NCBI GenBank assembly: GCA_036337435.1
Contig: JAYZEG010000064.1
Coordinates: 1-48,306 of the forward strand
Reading direction: 5' to 3'
Source of the DNA: Myxococcota bacterium
GTDB lineage: Bacteria > Myxococcota_A > Bradymonadia > UBA7976 > UBA1532
Length of the DNA stretch: 48,306 nt
The notes under the pieces are model-generated. The model saw nothing but the letters and a program-made list of their open reading frames with translations, did no database searches and was not told the DNA's origin. Position numbers and translations under genes: made by a program. Shown here in pieces: positions 1-9,218 of this stretch. How positions within the stretch are numbered: position 1 is the stretch's first letter; each line of letters starts with the position of its first letter.

Positions 1-1461
1 GGACTTACCGTATTCCGCAGCCAACTTGCTTACAAAATGCTGGGCTAATAAAAGTCGATCTTCCCCACGCTCTCGCAAGGGGGGAAGGTCCACGGACAGA
101 ACATTAATTCGATAATACAGATCTTGGCGAAACCGGTGTTCTTTGATGGCTGTTTCTAAATCCACATGGGTCGCGGTGAGCAGCCGGATATCAACAGTCT
201 CGACCCGATTTGAGCCAAGGCGAGTCACTCGACGTTCCTGGATGGCCCGCAACAGTTTGACTTGGAGTTCCTTTGGCATTTCACCGATTTCGTCCAGGAA
301 GAGGGTGCCACCATTGGCCTGCTGGAAACAGCCTACCTTGTCTGTGTGGGCTCCCGTGTAGGCACCCTTCTTGTGACCGAATAACGCACTTTCGATAAGA
401 TTGGTGGCGAGTGCACCGCAGTTCACAGCGATGAAAGGGCCTGCCGCCCGCTTGGACCGTTTATGGATCTCCCGGGCGATCAACTCCTTGCCTGTGCCTG
501 TCTCTCCCCTGATGAGCACGCTGACGTTGGTCTGCGCTGTTTTCTCAATGCGGGCAAAGACGTCACGCATCGCGCCTGAGGTGCCAATGAGCTCACCATA
601 TTGATGACCCTCCAATTGAACACGCAATCGGGCATTATCATAGGTCAGTTCATCTCGTTGGATCGCATTTGCGACCAAGAGTGCTGCTTGGGCACAGAAG
701 ACTGATAAAATACTGAGTGTCTCTTTCTCGAAGAGGCTGACAACATTATCATTGCCAACGTAGATGACGCCGAGGGTCTCTCTGGCAAACACGAGTGGAA
801 CGCACATAACACTGCACAGTCGAAGCTGAATGACGGAGCGGCTTGCACTAAACATCGTATCGTTTAGAGCATCACTGACAATCAACGGCTTTCCGGTCGA
901 AAGCACCGTCTCCACGATGCTGTCGCTGACTGCGTGCATGTTGTCGGCAATGTTTTCATGATTCAAATTGCGGGCGGTTTTTACGTCAAAGCCGTCTTGC
1001 GTCTTGAGCAAGAGGAAGCCTTTGGCAGCCCCTGTCAGTGTGATGACCTCATCCATCAATTTGCTGAGCAAAATCTCGACACTGTCGGTGTCTGCAAGAC
1101 GCATCGAGAATTGGCAGAGTCGTTCGTATGCATCCAATTCGTCTGTTGGGTCGGGTGGTGAGTTCGATCCGGTCGCGTCTGGTTCGTCCCAGAGGTCAAA
1201 TCTGAGCTGGGTATTAGCTATCGTAATCAGGTCGCCGTGCTCCAGAACGTGTTTTCGAACCTTTTTGCCGTTGATCAGCACTGGATGTTTTCTGCTCGTC
1301 GGGTTGATAATGAAGCGACCCGAATCAATCTTCAGCACCGCGTGTGTCAGCTCGATCTCACTTTCGTTGAGAATGAGATCATTATCGGGACCACGCCCAA
1401 CTGTGGTCAGTTTTCGCGCGATAAAGTATCGCCGCTGACCATTGATGACAAGACTGGGCAC
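1..1461 (-). CDS. FHA-GAF-AAA+ sigma54-dependent enhancer-binding protein (3' end lies outside the window)
   Basis: Not in the ORF track; translated by hand from GTG at 1461. FHA: PSLVING...TTVGRGPDNDLIL...THAVL...VLINGKKV...LEHGDLITI. GAF: TGKPLIVSDA...SVMCVPL...LGVIYV. AAA+: Walker A GETGTGKE, ESALFGHKKGAYTGA, Walker B LFLDEIGEM, FRQDLYYRINV, LPPLRERGED. Confidence 0.93.
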   Translation of the reverse strand, partial: MPSLVINGQRRYFIARKLTTVGRGPDNDLILNESEIELTHAVLKIDSGRFIINPTSRKHPVLINGKKVRKHVLEHGDLITIANTQLRFDLWDEPDATGSNSPPDPTDELDAYERLCQFSMRLADTDSVEILLSKLMDEVITLTGAAKGFLLLKTQDGFDVKTARNLNHENIADNMHAVSDSIVETVLSTGKPLIVSDALNDTMFSASRSVIQLRLCSVMCVPLVFARETLGVIYVGNDNVVSLFEKETLSILSVFCAQAALLVANAIQRDELTYDNARLRVQLEGHQYGELIGTSGAMRDVFARIEKTAQTNVSVLIRGETGTGKELIAREIHKRSKRAAGPFIAVNCGALATNLIESALFGHKKGAYTGAHTDKVGCFQQANGGTLFLDEIGEMPKELQVKLLRAIQERRVTRLGSNRVETVDIRLLTATHVDLETAIKEHRFRQDLYYRINVLSVDLPPLRERGEDRLLLAQHFVSKLAAEYGKS

Positions 1462-1514
1462 TGGGGAGTTCCTTTTCTGAAGCTGATGTTTGCATAAGCT
1501 AAATCATGGGTATT

Positions 1515-1531
1515 CGCAAATGACAAGCCAA
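1515..1531 (-). promoter_or_regulatory. putative sigma54 -24/-12 promoter of the FHA-GAF activator gene
   Basis: Minus strand TTGGCTTGTCATTTGCG: GG(1529-1528)-N10-GC(1517-1516) with TGGC and TTGC cores, about 55 nt upstream of the GTG start. Confidence 0.6.
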
Positions 1532-1538
1532 GTATCGT

Positions 1539-2402
1539 CTAAAATCGGAGCCTAAACCCATTAGGACTGAGCTCCAGCTTAGGTGTCTTACGGGGCAACT
1601 CCTGCTCTTTGATAAAACGAGTCGGTTCGTAAACCCAGAGTGCCTGCGCGATGCCTACCACCATCAGTCCGATGGCGAGACCCCCGGAGTAAAGTTGTAC
1701 GGTCTGTAGCTGTCGAGCCTGATTCACATCGGCATTCCGAAAGCGACCGTCCGTTCCCCTCAGGTTTTCCACGGCGAGAAATGAGGCCAATGAGACACTC
1801 AAGGCAGCCACCTGGCTGCCAAGGAGTATGCTACCAAAAACAGGCTCTTGATTTTGGAATTGACCGACTCCGAATGGGAGAAAAGCTGCGATGCGGGACC
1901 GGATTTGTATGTCTCTTCGGTACCGGATCGTATTTGCTTCACGCCGCCGTTTCTCTTCTAAGGCCAGTTGCTGACGCCGCAGTTCCTTTTTTGCGGCGAT
2001 TTCTTTGGCCAGTCGTTCTCGAATGTCTTGGAAGAACGACACCGCCGGTGGCGGCGTTTTGACTGGGTCGAGGGCCGCGTCCGGGTGATATTCGATCAGG
2101 CGTTCAAAATAAGCTTGAGCCGACCCTTGCTTACCTAGAAAATAGTGAGACAGGCCCAGTAGAGTGTAGGCGTCGATGAGGTCTTGTCGGTCCGCCAGCA
2201 ATACCTCAGGCTCGATTGCAGGCGTAAGCTTGTCAATGGTTGTTTGATATTCTCCGAAATCAAAGGTTGATTTGGCATCTCGAAGGCGGCGTTTTGCGTC
2301 TACAAGGTTGCCTGATTGCCCAGATGAATTTTGACTCATTGCCGGCTGCGCGGCGCCAAACAGCACGATCCACGAAATGAGTAGAGGAATTCTTGGTCTC
2401 AA
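1539..2402 (-). CDS. exported TPR-containing protein with C-terminal hydrophobic segments
   Basis: Signal peptide (LLISWIVLFGAAQPAMS), TPR-like helices (AYTLLGLSHYFLGKQGSAQAYFERLI), charged coiled coil, then hydrophobic stretches (AAFLPFGVGQFQN...). Confidence 0.7.
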   Translation of the reverse strand: MRPRIPLLISWIVLFGAAQPAMSQNSSGQSGNLVDAKRRLRDAKSTFDFGEYQTTIDKLTPAIEPEVLLADRQDLIDAYTLLGLSHYFLGKQGSAQAYFERLIEYHPDAALDPVKTPPPAVSFFQDIRERLAKEIAAKKELRRQQLALEEKRRREANTIRYRRDIQIRSRIAAFLPFGVGQFQNQEPVFGSILLGSQVAALSVSLASFLAVENLRGTDGRFRNADVNQARQLQTVQLYSGGLAIGLMVVGIAQALWVYEPTRFIKEQELPRKTPKLELSPNGFRLRF

Positions 2403-2422
2403 TGGGCTGCTTTACGATGCTG

Positions 2423-4507
2423 TTAGTCTACGTTAACGGTGCTAGCCTTCCCGGCTCGGAGCATCGCCGTCTTACGTAGGAATTTACCGCTGCGGGGGCC
2501 AATCGTCAACCTCAGAGAGCGAGACGTTTCACTCATCGCCACCTTGATTGGAGAGTTGGTCATGCCCAGATAGTTTTCCTTCTGGTCAAACACTTTCAGG
2601 GCATCTGTTGAGCGAACCGTGAGGATTGCAGGGATGTGCTTACACACATAAATTAGACTGTATTTCCGTTTCTTGTTGGGGACGATGGTAATCTGTTTTT
2701 TACGGGGCTCACAGCCCTCATTTGTAAACACGATGCTGTGGGTGCCCGGTGGTAGTTTGAGACCGCCGCCATTTCCAATTTGGTAAAGATAGCGGGGATC
2801 CATCCGGCCGTTCACGGTGACTCGAGCCCCCTTATACTTGCTGCGAACGGCCACGGGCGTCAGTGGTTGCTTTACTTTTGGAGCATCGCTTGTACCCGAT
2901 GCGTTTTTCACGCCGCCTTTGGGCGATACCGGCCGCCTTAAATCGGTTTTCTCACATCGGAAGTCAATGCGATCAATATCGGGGCCGCCCGAGCCGACTT
3001 TAATCACAGTGCGCATGGTCTTGCAGCCGCGCCGATAAAAAGTGACTAAATGACGGCCAACGGGCAGTTGCAAGCCTCCAGAGCGCCTGATGCTGTCCAG
3101 GTCGGGCGGGTCGTGGGCTCGCCCACCGACATAAACTCGAACGCCTCTCATCGCACTAAAAAGTTGAATGAGACTGTCTTTGGAGTCATTGACAACATTT
3201 GTGTCGAGCTCTCGAGCGGCATCCTGAGGCGTAGACCCGTCACGGGCTTGTCCTGCGTCGACGGTTTGAATTGGAGAGACATCCATTACGACTGGAGCCG
3301 CATCGCTGCTGATGGTCTTTGTTTGCTCTTTTTTTTGTTGGACGCTCTGGGAGGTGCCAAACAATTCTCGTCCACTATTCGTGTCCATAAAGAACCAACC
3401 ACCAACGAAGAGAGGGAGGAGACCGCAAAAAATAATCGCCGCCATAAAAAGTGTCCGCTGAATGGTTTGACTGCGCTCGACTTTCTTTAGAAGAGCCTTG
3501 GCCTCACCATGTTCAGGATGGAGTATGAATATTCGGTCCAAGAGGTCGACGCAGAGACCGATATTTTTAGTGGCACTGGCTTGATACGCTTGTTCTAGCA
3601 GCTTCGGGATGATCTGGTTCGTCAGCTGCTCTTCGTAGACCGCGGGGTCCGCATTGTATGTTCTGAGTTCGCCCCTGAATTCATTGATCCCGATATCGAT
3701 CAATAGACGTTTGATGCGTTTGTGCAGGTCTTTCGCGGTCGGTCGATCTTTGGGGTCTTTGGCGAGGCAACTGTCGATGAGTTGGGCGATCTGTCGGCCT
3801 GCCAATGGGCGACGTTGTATAATGGGTACATAGTCGGTTTCGAGAATTCGTCTAAACAATGCCGATGGGTTTGGGCCTGAAAAAGGAAGCGCGCCGCTGA
3901 TGAGCCAATAGAGCGTGGTGCCTACACTGAAAATGTCAGCCGGTGCTCCAATCTCAGTCCCATCGATAACCTCGGGTGCCATGTGTGCAGGCGAGCCCAG
4001 CATGGTTCCCGTGGCTGTGAGCGTCGGCATGTCAACCATTTGTGCAATGCCAAAGTCCATGAGGACAGGTGACCCATCGTTACGGATCATAATATTTTCA
4101 GGTTTCACGTCTCGATGAATAATGCCTGCGAGATGGGCTCTCGCTAACGCATCGACAATGGGGAGCATCAAGAGCAGTGCTGTCTCGGGGTGCTTGACCA
4201 TGTGCTCGTCGACAAATGCTCGCAGCGTTGGTCCGTCGACGAACTCTGTGACGATGTAGGACTGTTCACTGTCGGCCGATGCATAATCAAAAACTTCCAC
4301 GATGTGGGGGTGCTTTAAACGCGCGACAGCTTTCGCCTCCCGTGCGAATCGAGCGCGTGAATCCGCTCGTTCAGCAAGATGGGGGTGCAGGATTTTTAGG
4401 GCAACGGTCCGTTCGAGAACAGAATCGTGAGCGCGATGCACAACCGCCATACCACCGTGGCCTATCCGTTCGATCAGTTGGTAACGCTGATTAGAAGAAT
4501 CACTCAT
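2423..4507 (-). CDS. membrane Ser/Thr protein kinase with extracytoplasmic PEGA-like repeats
   Basis: GHGGMAVV, VALK, HRDVKPEN, DFG, APE; one TM (LFMAAIIFCGLLPLFVGGWFFM); two related C-terminal units (VRVYVGG...LQLPVGRHLVTF..GC and ARVTVNG...LKLPPGTHSIVF..GC). Confidence 0.92.
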   Translation of the reverse strand: MSDSSNQRYQLIERIGHGGMAVVHRAHDSVLERTVALKILHPHLAERADSRARFAREAKAVARLKHPHIVEVFDYASADSEQSYIVTEFVDGPTLRAFVDEHMVKHPETALLLMLPIVDALARAHLAGIIHRDVKPENIMIRNDGSPVLMDFGIAQMVDMPTLTATGTMLGSPAHMAPEVIDGTEIGAPADIFSVGTTLYWLISGALPFSGPNPSALFRRILETDYVPIIQRRPLAGRQIAQLIDSCLAKDPKDRPTAKDLHKRIKRLLIDIGINEFRGELRTYNADPAVYEEQLTNQIIPKLLEQAYQASATKNIGLCVDLLDRIFILHPEHGEAKALLKKVERSQTIQRTLFMAAIIFCGLLPLFVGGWFFMDTNSGRELFGTSQSVQQKKEQTKTISSDAAPVVMDVSPIQTVDAGQARDGSTPQDAARELDTNVVNDSKDSLIQLFSAMRGVRVYVGGRAHDPPDLDSIRRSGGLQLPVGRHLVTFYRRGCKTMRTVIKVGSGGPDIDRIDFRCEKTDLRRPVSPKGGVKNASGTSDAPKVKQPLTPVAVRSKYKGARVTVNGRMDPRYLYQIGNGGGLKLPPGTHSIVFTNEGCEPRKKQITIVPNKKRKYSLIYVCKHIPAILTVRSTDALKVFDQKENYLGMTNSPIKVAMSETSRSLRLTIGPRSGKFLRKTAMLRAGKASTVNVD

Positions 4508-4674
4508 GGTCTACGGCGAATGCTCCGAATATGGGTGGTCGAAGTATACACTGTAGGTGTCCGGCTTGTTCGTCGGTAATGATTGCTTTTTGATGAATTG
4601 AGCCAGCATCTTTACAGGAGCACCTGAGACGTATCATATTGTCAGCCTAGTCCATCATGAGACTCGGGTGAAGT

Positions 4675-5070
4675 ATGTCAGATGATAAAAAGAATATCAT
4701 GGTCGTCGAAGACGAAGAGAGCGTCCGCGATATGGTCGCTAAGATGCTGTCGGCGCGAGGATACGGTGTTGAAGTGGCCCATGACGGTCTGGATGGGTTG
4801 AGGAAGATTGATCAGGAAAAACCGGATCTACTTATCGCTGATGTCATGATGCCCAATCTTGACGGCATCACGCTCGTTAAAGCCCTGAAAGAACACAAAG
4901 ATACGAAGGCGATTCCAGTCATTTTTTTGACAGCGAAAGGGGATGCCCGGTCGATGATCGAGGGGATCAATGTCGGTGCTAAGTTTTATGTAACGAAGCC
5001 ATTCCAGATGGACGACCTATTGGCGAAGGTCGGCAAACTTCTGGGTGAGAAAACGGGTCGTCTGAGCTAA
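4675..5070 (+). CDS. single-domain response regulator
   Basis: VVEDE, LIADVMMP (phosphoacceptor Asp), FLTA, TKPF. Confidence 0.93.
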   Translation: MSDDKKNIMVVEDEESVRDMVAKMLSARGYGVEVAHDGLDGLRKIDQEKPDLLIADVMMPNLDGITLVKALKEHKDTKAIPVIFLTAKGDARSMIEGINVGAKFYVTKPFQMDDLLAKVGKLLGEKTGRLS

Positions 5071-5071
5071 C

Positions 5072-7387
5072 TCAGTCAGCAGCCTTGCTACTGGCTTTGA
5101 CCCGCATCAACACATTAATGACCTCCAGAGCACATGGCCTCTGATATCCGAACTCCTGTTCAAATCGAGTCAAGATTTCGTCTGCACGTTTTTTTTCTGA
5201 CGCATCCAGTTTGGGTTCCTCATCGGAGAGATATTCCAAAAGCGTTTGTTTGATCCGGTCGGCAAGCTCACTTTTTTCCTGATAGAATGAATCGTTGAGT
5301 GCCGTCGTGATATCCACGAATAAATCCTCGTGTACCAAGTCGTCTTCCGGGTTCTCCATCCGCCATGCTGCGACTCGATGGACCAATGATTCTCGATACC
5401 CATGAGCGTCTTTCCGTGGCACGCCGATCTTGTCTTCAACGCTTGACATAAGTGCTTCATCGGCCGGTTCCGAATTGCCGGTCAGTGGATTCACTCGACG
5501 TTCCTTCCTGATGAAATGCACGACATGGTCAATGTATGAATGAAGCAATTCATTGGTGGCCGATTTATCTACGAGGCCCATGGCTTGGTGAAGTTCATCT
5601 TCAACGGTCGCCAAATACCAACTGCGTACAATCCCGACCGAGCGAATTGGATTGTGATATTCGCCTTCGCTGTCCAGTTGCAGGAACGGATAGACGGCCT
5701 TTTGTTCGCAAAGCTCTCGCAATGCCCCGAGAACGGTAATCCCGGTCAATACCCCCTCTGAAAGTCGGGCTGCGTTGAGCAAAAGACTCTTCAAGACCCG
5801 CGGGCTTGGCCCAAAGCGCCCTTCGTAGGCCTCCGCAGTCGTGTGTTCCTCGTATATCTCAGGGATGCTCGATGCCATTTGATATGCGGTTTCTCGCGAA
5901 ATGCCACTTGGCAGAGCAGCAAACGCATACATGTTTGCTTTCTCGACCGGGCTCAACTTTTTAAGTACGTCTTGGTGTTCTTTTTCTTGTTCCCTGTAGA
6001 CAATTGGCTTTTCGAGCCGGCAGAGAACAGCCCAGAGGGCGAGAACGTCTGGCACGTGCGGTCCGATTTCGAGAGCACTCGAGAGTGTTCTCAGGAGATC
6101 CCAATAGATTTGACTTTCCCTTGGGTAGTCAAGCAAGTACGGCACCTGAACAAGTTCGATCCGAGCCTTGAAACTCGCAAAATCCGGGATTTGTTTGAAT
6201 GCTGTCAGATGGTCTGCATTGCAGCTCCCGATGAACACAGCGTCCAGATGTAGCGTCATCGTGTCCAGACGAACCGCACCGGTTTCACAGGTCGACAGGA
6301 TGTACTTAAAAGCTTCAACCGGCCTCTTGAGCAGATCATTGAATTCCAGAAGACCGCGATTGGCATCGACCAGGTCGCCCATGGGTTCGTACAGTGTTAG
6401 ATTTTGCAGCGACGCCGGGAGCGAGCCTAAGCTGCGATCGGCAGTCACCTGTCGGATGCCAGCGTCTGCTCGCATCTGCGGGTCGATGGTCACTGCTGAA
6501 CGTCTGTATCTGGGGCTGATGGTGAGCCGTTCGACTTGAACGTGCTTGAGCACTTCAGACAAGTCCCCTCGATACGCTTTCAACAGAGCATCAAAAATTT
6601 GTTTCGCCTTCGGGTTGAGCTCTCCCTCAGCGATGCTATGGGGGAGCGGGTAGTCTGGGCCGAGGTACTCAGCGACCAGGGCTAAGCGTTGGGCTTTCGG
6701 CAAGAGAAGGAGTGGATGGTCGCGCGTTTCATTGATGAGGCGTGCATCGATCTGACCGTCCGGTAGATGCGCATAGCTGTCGAGTGTTGTCAGGTCGGTG
6801 CTGCCGGAAAAACCAATGTTGCCGCGGCCCATGGATTCTGTAGGGAAAACCCAGCTGAAGGTATACATGGCACCCTCAGGTTCGTGGCTGTAGTGTTCAA
6901 GGCCGCGCATCAGACAACTGATAAAACGGCTCTTAGCACTCCCATTCGGTCCTGCAAGGAGGATCATTCGGTTCACCCGGCCATGTACGGCAAAATCGTT
7001 CAAGTAGCCGTAAACCGCTTCTTGAACAGCTTCCTGGCCTATGAGTGGGTCTCGCCCTTCATCGAATGGGCAGTCGAAGAGCAAGTATCGATTGTAGGTT
7101 CCATAGGGTCTGTGGACCTCAGCGACGCCATAATGCACAAAACAATCGCGGATGTAGCGTGCGCTGTCGCGCACTTGGTTTTCAGCCTGCTCTTCGAATA
7201 TTTTTAAATATTCACCGAACGAAAGCAGATTTCTTTTGCTATCAAACTGCTCACGAAAGGCGACAATTTGCGCGTTAAGAACGTCAGATGATGGCTGGGG
7301 GGTGTCTTTTGTATCACTCTCAGCTGTCGTGCTTTCTTCACCGTCGGCTTCAACCGGCTCAGGTGCGTTGGTGTCAACTTCGCTCAC
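5072..7387 (-). CDS. prkA: PrkA/YeaG-family AAA+ serine protein kinase
   Basis: Walker A LAGPNGSAKS, DHPLLLLP, GDLVDANRGLLEFNDLLKRP, RIELVQVPYLL, EGRFGPSPR. Confidence 0.85.
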   Translation of the reverse strand: MSEVDTNAPEPVEADGEESTTAESDTKDTPQPSSDVLNAQIVAFREQFDSKRNLLSFGEYLKIFEEQAENQVRDSARYIRDCFVHYGVAEVHRPYGTYNRYLLFDCPFDEGRDPLIGQEAVQEAVYGYLNDFAVHGRVNRMILLAGPNGSAKSRFISCLMRGLEHYSHEPEGAMYTFSWVFPTESMGRGNIGFSGSTDLTTLDSYAHLPDGQIDARLINETRDHPLLLLPKAQRLALVAEYLGPDYPLPHSIAEGELNPKAKQIFDALLKAYRGDLSEVLKHVQVERLTISPRYRRSAVTIDPQMRADAGIRQVTADRSLGSLPASLQNLTLYEPMGDLVDANRGLLEFNDLLKRPVEAFKYILSTCETGAVRLDTMTLHLDAVFIGSCNADHLTAFKQIPDFASFKARIELVQVPYLLDYPRESQIYWDLLRTLSSALEIGPHVPDVLALWAVLCRLEKPIVYREQEKEHQDVLKKLSPVEKANMYAFAALPSGISRETAYQMASSIPEIYEEHTTAEAYEGRFGPSPRVLKSLLLNAARLSEGVLTGITVLGALRELCEQKAVYPFLQLDSEGEYHNPIRSVGIVRSWYLATVEDELHQAMGLVDKSATNELLHSYIDHVVHFIRKERRVNPLTGNSEPADEALMSSVEDKIGVPRKDAHGYRESLVHRVAAWRMENPEDDLVHEDLFVDITTALNDSFYQEKSELADRIKQTLLEYLSDEEPKLDASEKKRADEILTRFEQEFGYQRPCALEVINVLMRVKASSKAAD

Positions 7388-7425
7388 GCGCTTTCCTTTC
7401 TAGGCTGGTGGGTGGGCCTGAACCC

Positions 7426-7998
7426 CTATTTGGTCGGGACGGTCCATGCGAGTTTCTCGCCACGGAAAAGCTTACACGTACTTTCGTTACAGACACTAAA
7501 GTTCGCCGTGCCACTGAATTGGGTCGGGCCTGAAGACGCGGGTGTGAAGTCGATGCCAAACGTAAGTGCCTGTTCTGTCAGCTGTGCATCTGCGGGAGAA
7601 AATTTGGTTTTCGTAATCTTCGCCTCCGCGGCTGGGTTTAACGTCAGTGAATTAGGGAAGTCCTTATTCATCTTATAGCCATCTAATGGAATCACAGTGA
7701 CGGCTGTTTTGCTGGCTTCACCTTTCGACGCAGCTGTTTGCGTATACTGGATTTTGAAGGGAGACTCGGCGAATGTTGTTTTAGCAGACTTGGCTACAAC
7801 AGCTGTGGATTTGGTTTTCGGTTCGTTTGCCTTCTTGACGTTGGTAGGCTGGGCGGCCGGGCCGGTCGCTGTTTTAGCCGTGGTCGTTTGGGCCGGTGCC
7901 GCTTTCGTGCCTGAGTTACATGCTGCGCTGAACATCAGGGCAACGGTGATTGGCAGGCTCTGCCATCGTATCTTGGACTGGGTTATCATATCGGTCAT
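7426..7998 (-). CDS. lipoprotein with Ala/Thr/Lys-rich linker and DsbD-N-like C-terminal domain
   Basis: Start moved to ATG 7998 (or 7989) because the longer ORF overlaps the divergent kinase; lipobox FSAAC; low-complexity linker; beta-rich domain with GYKMNKDFP and FSVCNESTC. Confidence 0.6.
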   Translation of the reverse strand: MTDMITQSKIRWQSLPITVALMFSAACNSGTKAAPAQTTTAKTATGPAAQPTNVKKANEPKTKSTAVVAKSAKTTFAESPFKIQYTQTAASKGEASKTAVTVIPLDGYKMNKDFPNSLTLNPAAEAKITKTKFSPADAQLTEQALTFGIDFTPASSGPTQFSGTANFSVCNESTCKLFRGEKLAWTVPTK

Positions 7999-8084
7999 CC
8001 TATACTCAGTTGATTGCCATGGGATTGAAATATCATCCGCACTGGGTGATTGCAACCGAGGCCAAAGCACAGTAAGGCTAACGC

Positions 8085-9218
8085 GTGAGACGTGTACAAC
8101 AGCTCGGCCCCTACTCGTTACTCTACCGGATTGCATCCGGTGGCATGGCTGAAATTTATCGGGCTCGGGTTTGGTCACTCGAAGGAGACCAAGACGTTGC
8201 CATTAAACGTCTGTTACCCGTTTATAATTCCGACGACGAATTCATCGTCATGCTCACGGATGAAGCGCGCATTACCCGCTTGTTTGATCATCCGAATATC
8301 GCGCGTGTTTTTGAGTTTGGCCTCTACGATAATCAGTACTTTCTCGTCATGGAATTTATTGACGGACAAGACCTAAGGGCTCTTTTAAAACGGCTGAATG
8401 ATCGAGGGATGACACTGTCGGTGGGCGATGCGATTTACATTGTGGCCCATGCCCTGTTGGGCTTGCATGCGGCCCATTGCCAGAAAGATGGAGACGGTCG
8501 ACCCCTCGATGTGATTCATAGGGATTTCACGCCGTCCAATATATTACTGGGATACGACGGGGCCGTAAAATTGGTCGATTTCGGCATCGCAAAAGACCGA
8601 TTGAGTCGCAGCCGTACTCAAGCGGGCTTTATCAAGGGCAAGATAAAATATATGAGCCCAGAGCAGACCCGGTCGTCCACTCTCGATGGACGGTCGGATG
8701 TGTTTGCCGCAGGTGTCGTTCTTTATCGATGCATAACCGGCCAATTACCTTTCGACGAAAAGGATGACGACCGACTCATAGATGCGGTTCGAGAGCGTGC
8801 ACCGACACCACCAAGTTATCTTTGCGATGAGATTGATGGCGCGTTCGATACGCTGCTCTACCGCGCGCTGGCCAAAGACCGGGATGATCGGTTTGACAGT
8901 GCAGCAGACTTTAGTGATGCCTTGCTTGCGTGGTCCGCGCGAGCGGGTGTTTTAGTCGATGCGTCAAGCATTTCTAAGCTTTTGTGCGAGGTTTTCTCCG
9001 CCGAACGGGAAGATGCGGCACGGCTTCAGGCGGGTGTGATCTTTGACGCCGATCCGACTCCGACGAGTGAGCGTCAGAGTTACACCCGGCTGGTTGGGGT
9101 GGACGACCCTTATCCACGAACATTGACGGGGTTCGAAGCCGTGACCGAGAGTCGGCATATCAGCGGGAAAAAGAGAGGCGGAAACACCGAACCAGGTGGG
9201 ACCGATTCGGAGCTCTAG
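8085..9218 (+). CDS. cytoplasmic Ser/Thr protein kinase
   Basis: ASGGMAEIY, VAIK, HRDFTPSN, DFG, YMSPE, DVFAAG; no TM segment seen. Confidence 0.92.
   Translation: MRRVQQLGPYSLLYRIASGGMAEIYRARVWSLEGDQDVAIKRLLPVYNSDDEFIVMLTDEARITRLFDHPNIARVFEFGLYDNQYFLVMEFIDGQDLRALLKRLNDRGMTLSVGDAIYIVAHALLGLHAAHCQKDGDGRPLDVIHRDFTPSNILLGYDGAVKLVDFGIAKDRLSRSRTQAGFIKGKIKYMSPEQTRSSTLDGRSDVFAAGVVLYRCITGQLPFDEKDDDRLIDAVRERAPTPPSYLCDEIDGAFDTLLYRALAKDRDDRFDSAADFSDALLAWSARAGVLVDASSISKLLCEVFSAEREDAARLQAGVIFDADPTPTSERQSYTRLVGVDDPYPRTLTGFEAVTESRHISGKKRGGNTEPGGTDSEL

Noticed and set aside
143..1497. Short ORFs in the track over 143-1497
   Set aside because: They are shadow frames of the minus-strand sigma54 activator gene.
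8050..8065. TTGGCCTCGGTTGCA on the minus strand as a sigma54 promoter
   Set aside because: GG-to-GC spacing is 8 nt, not the required 10.
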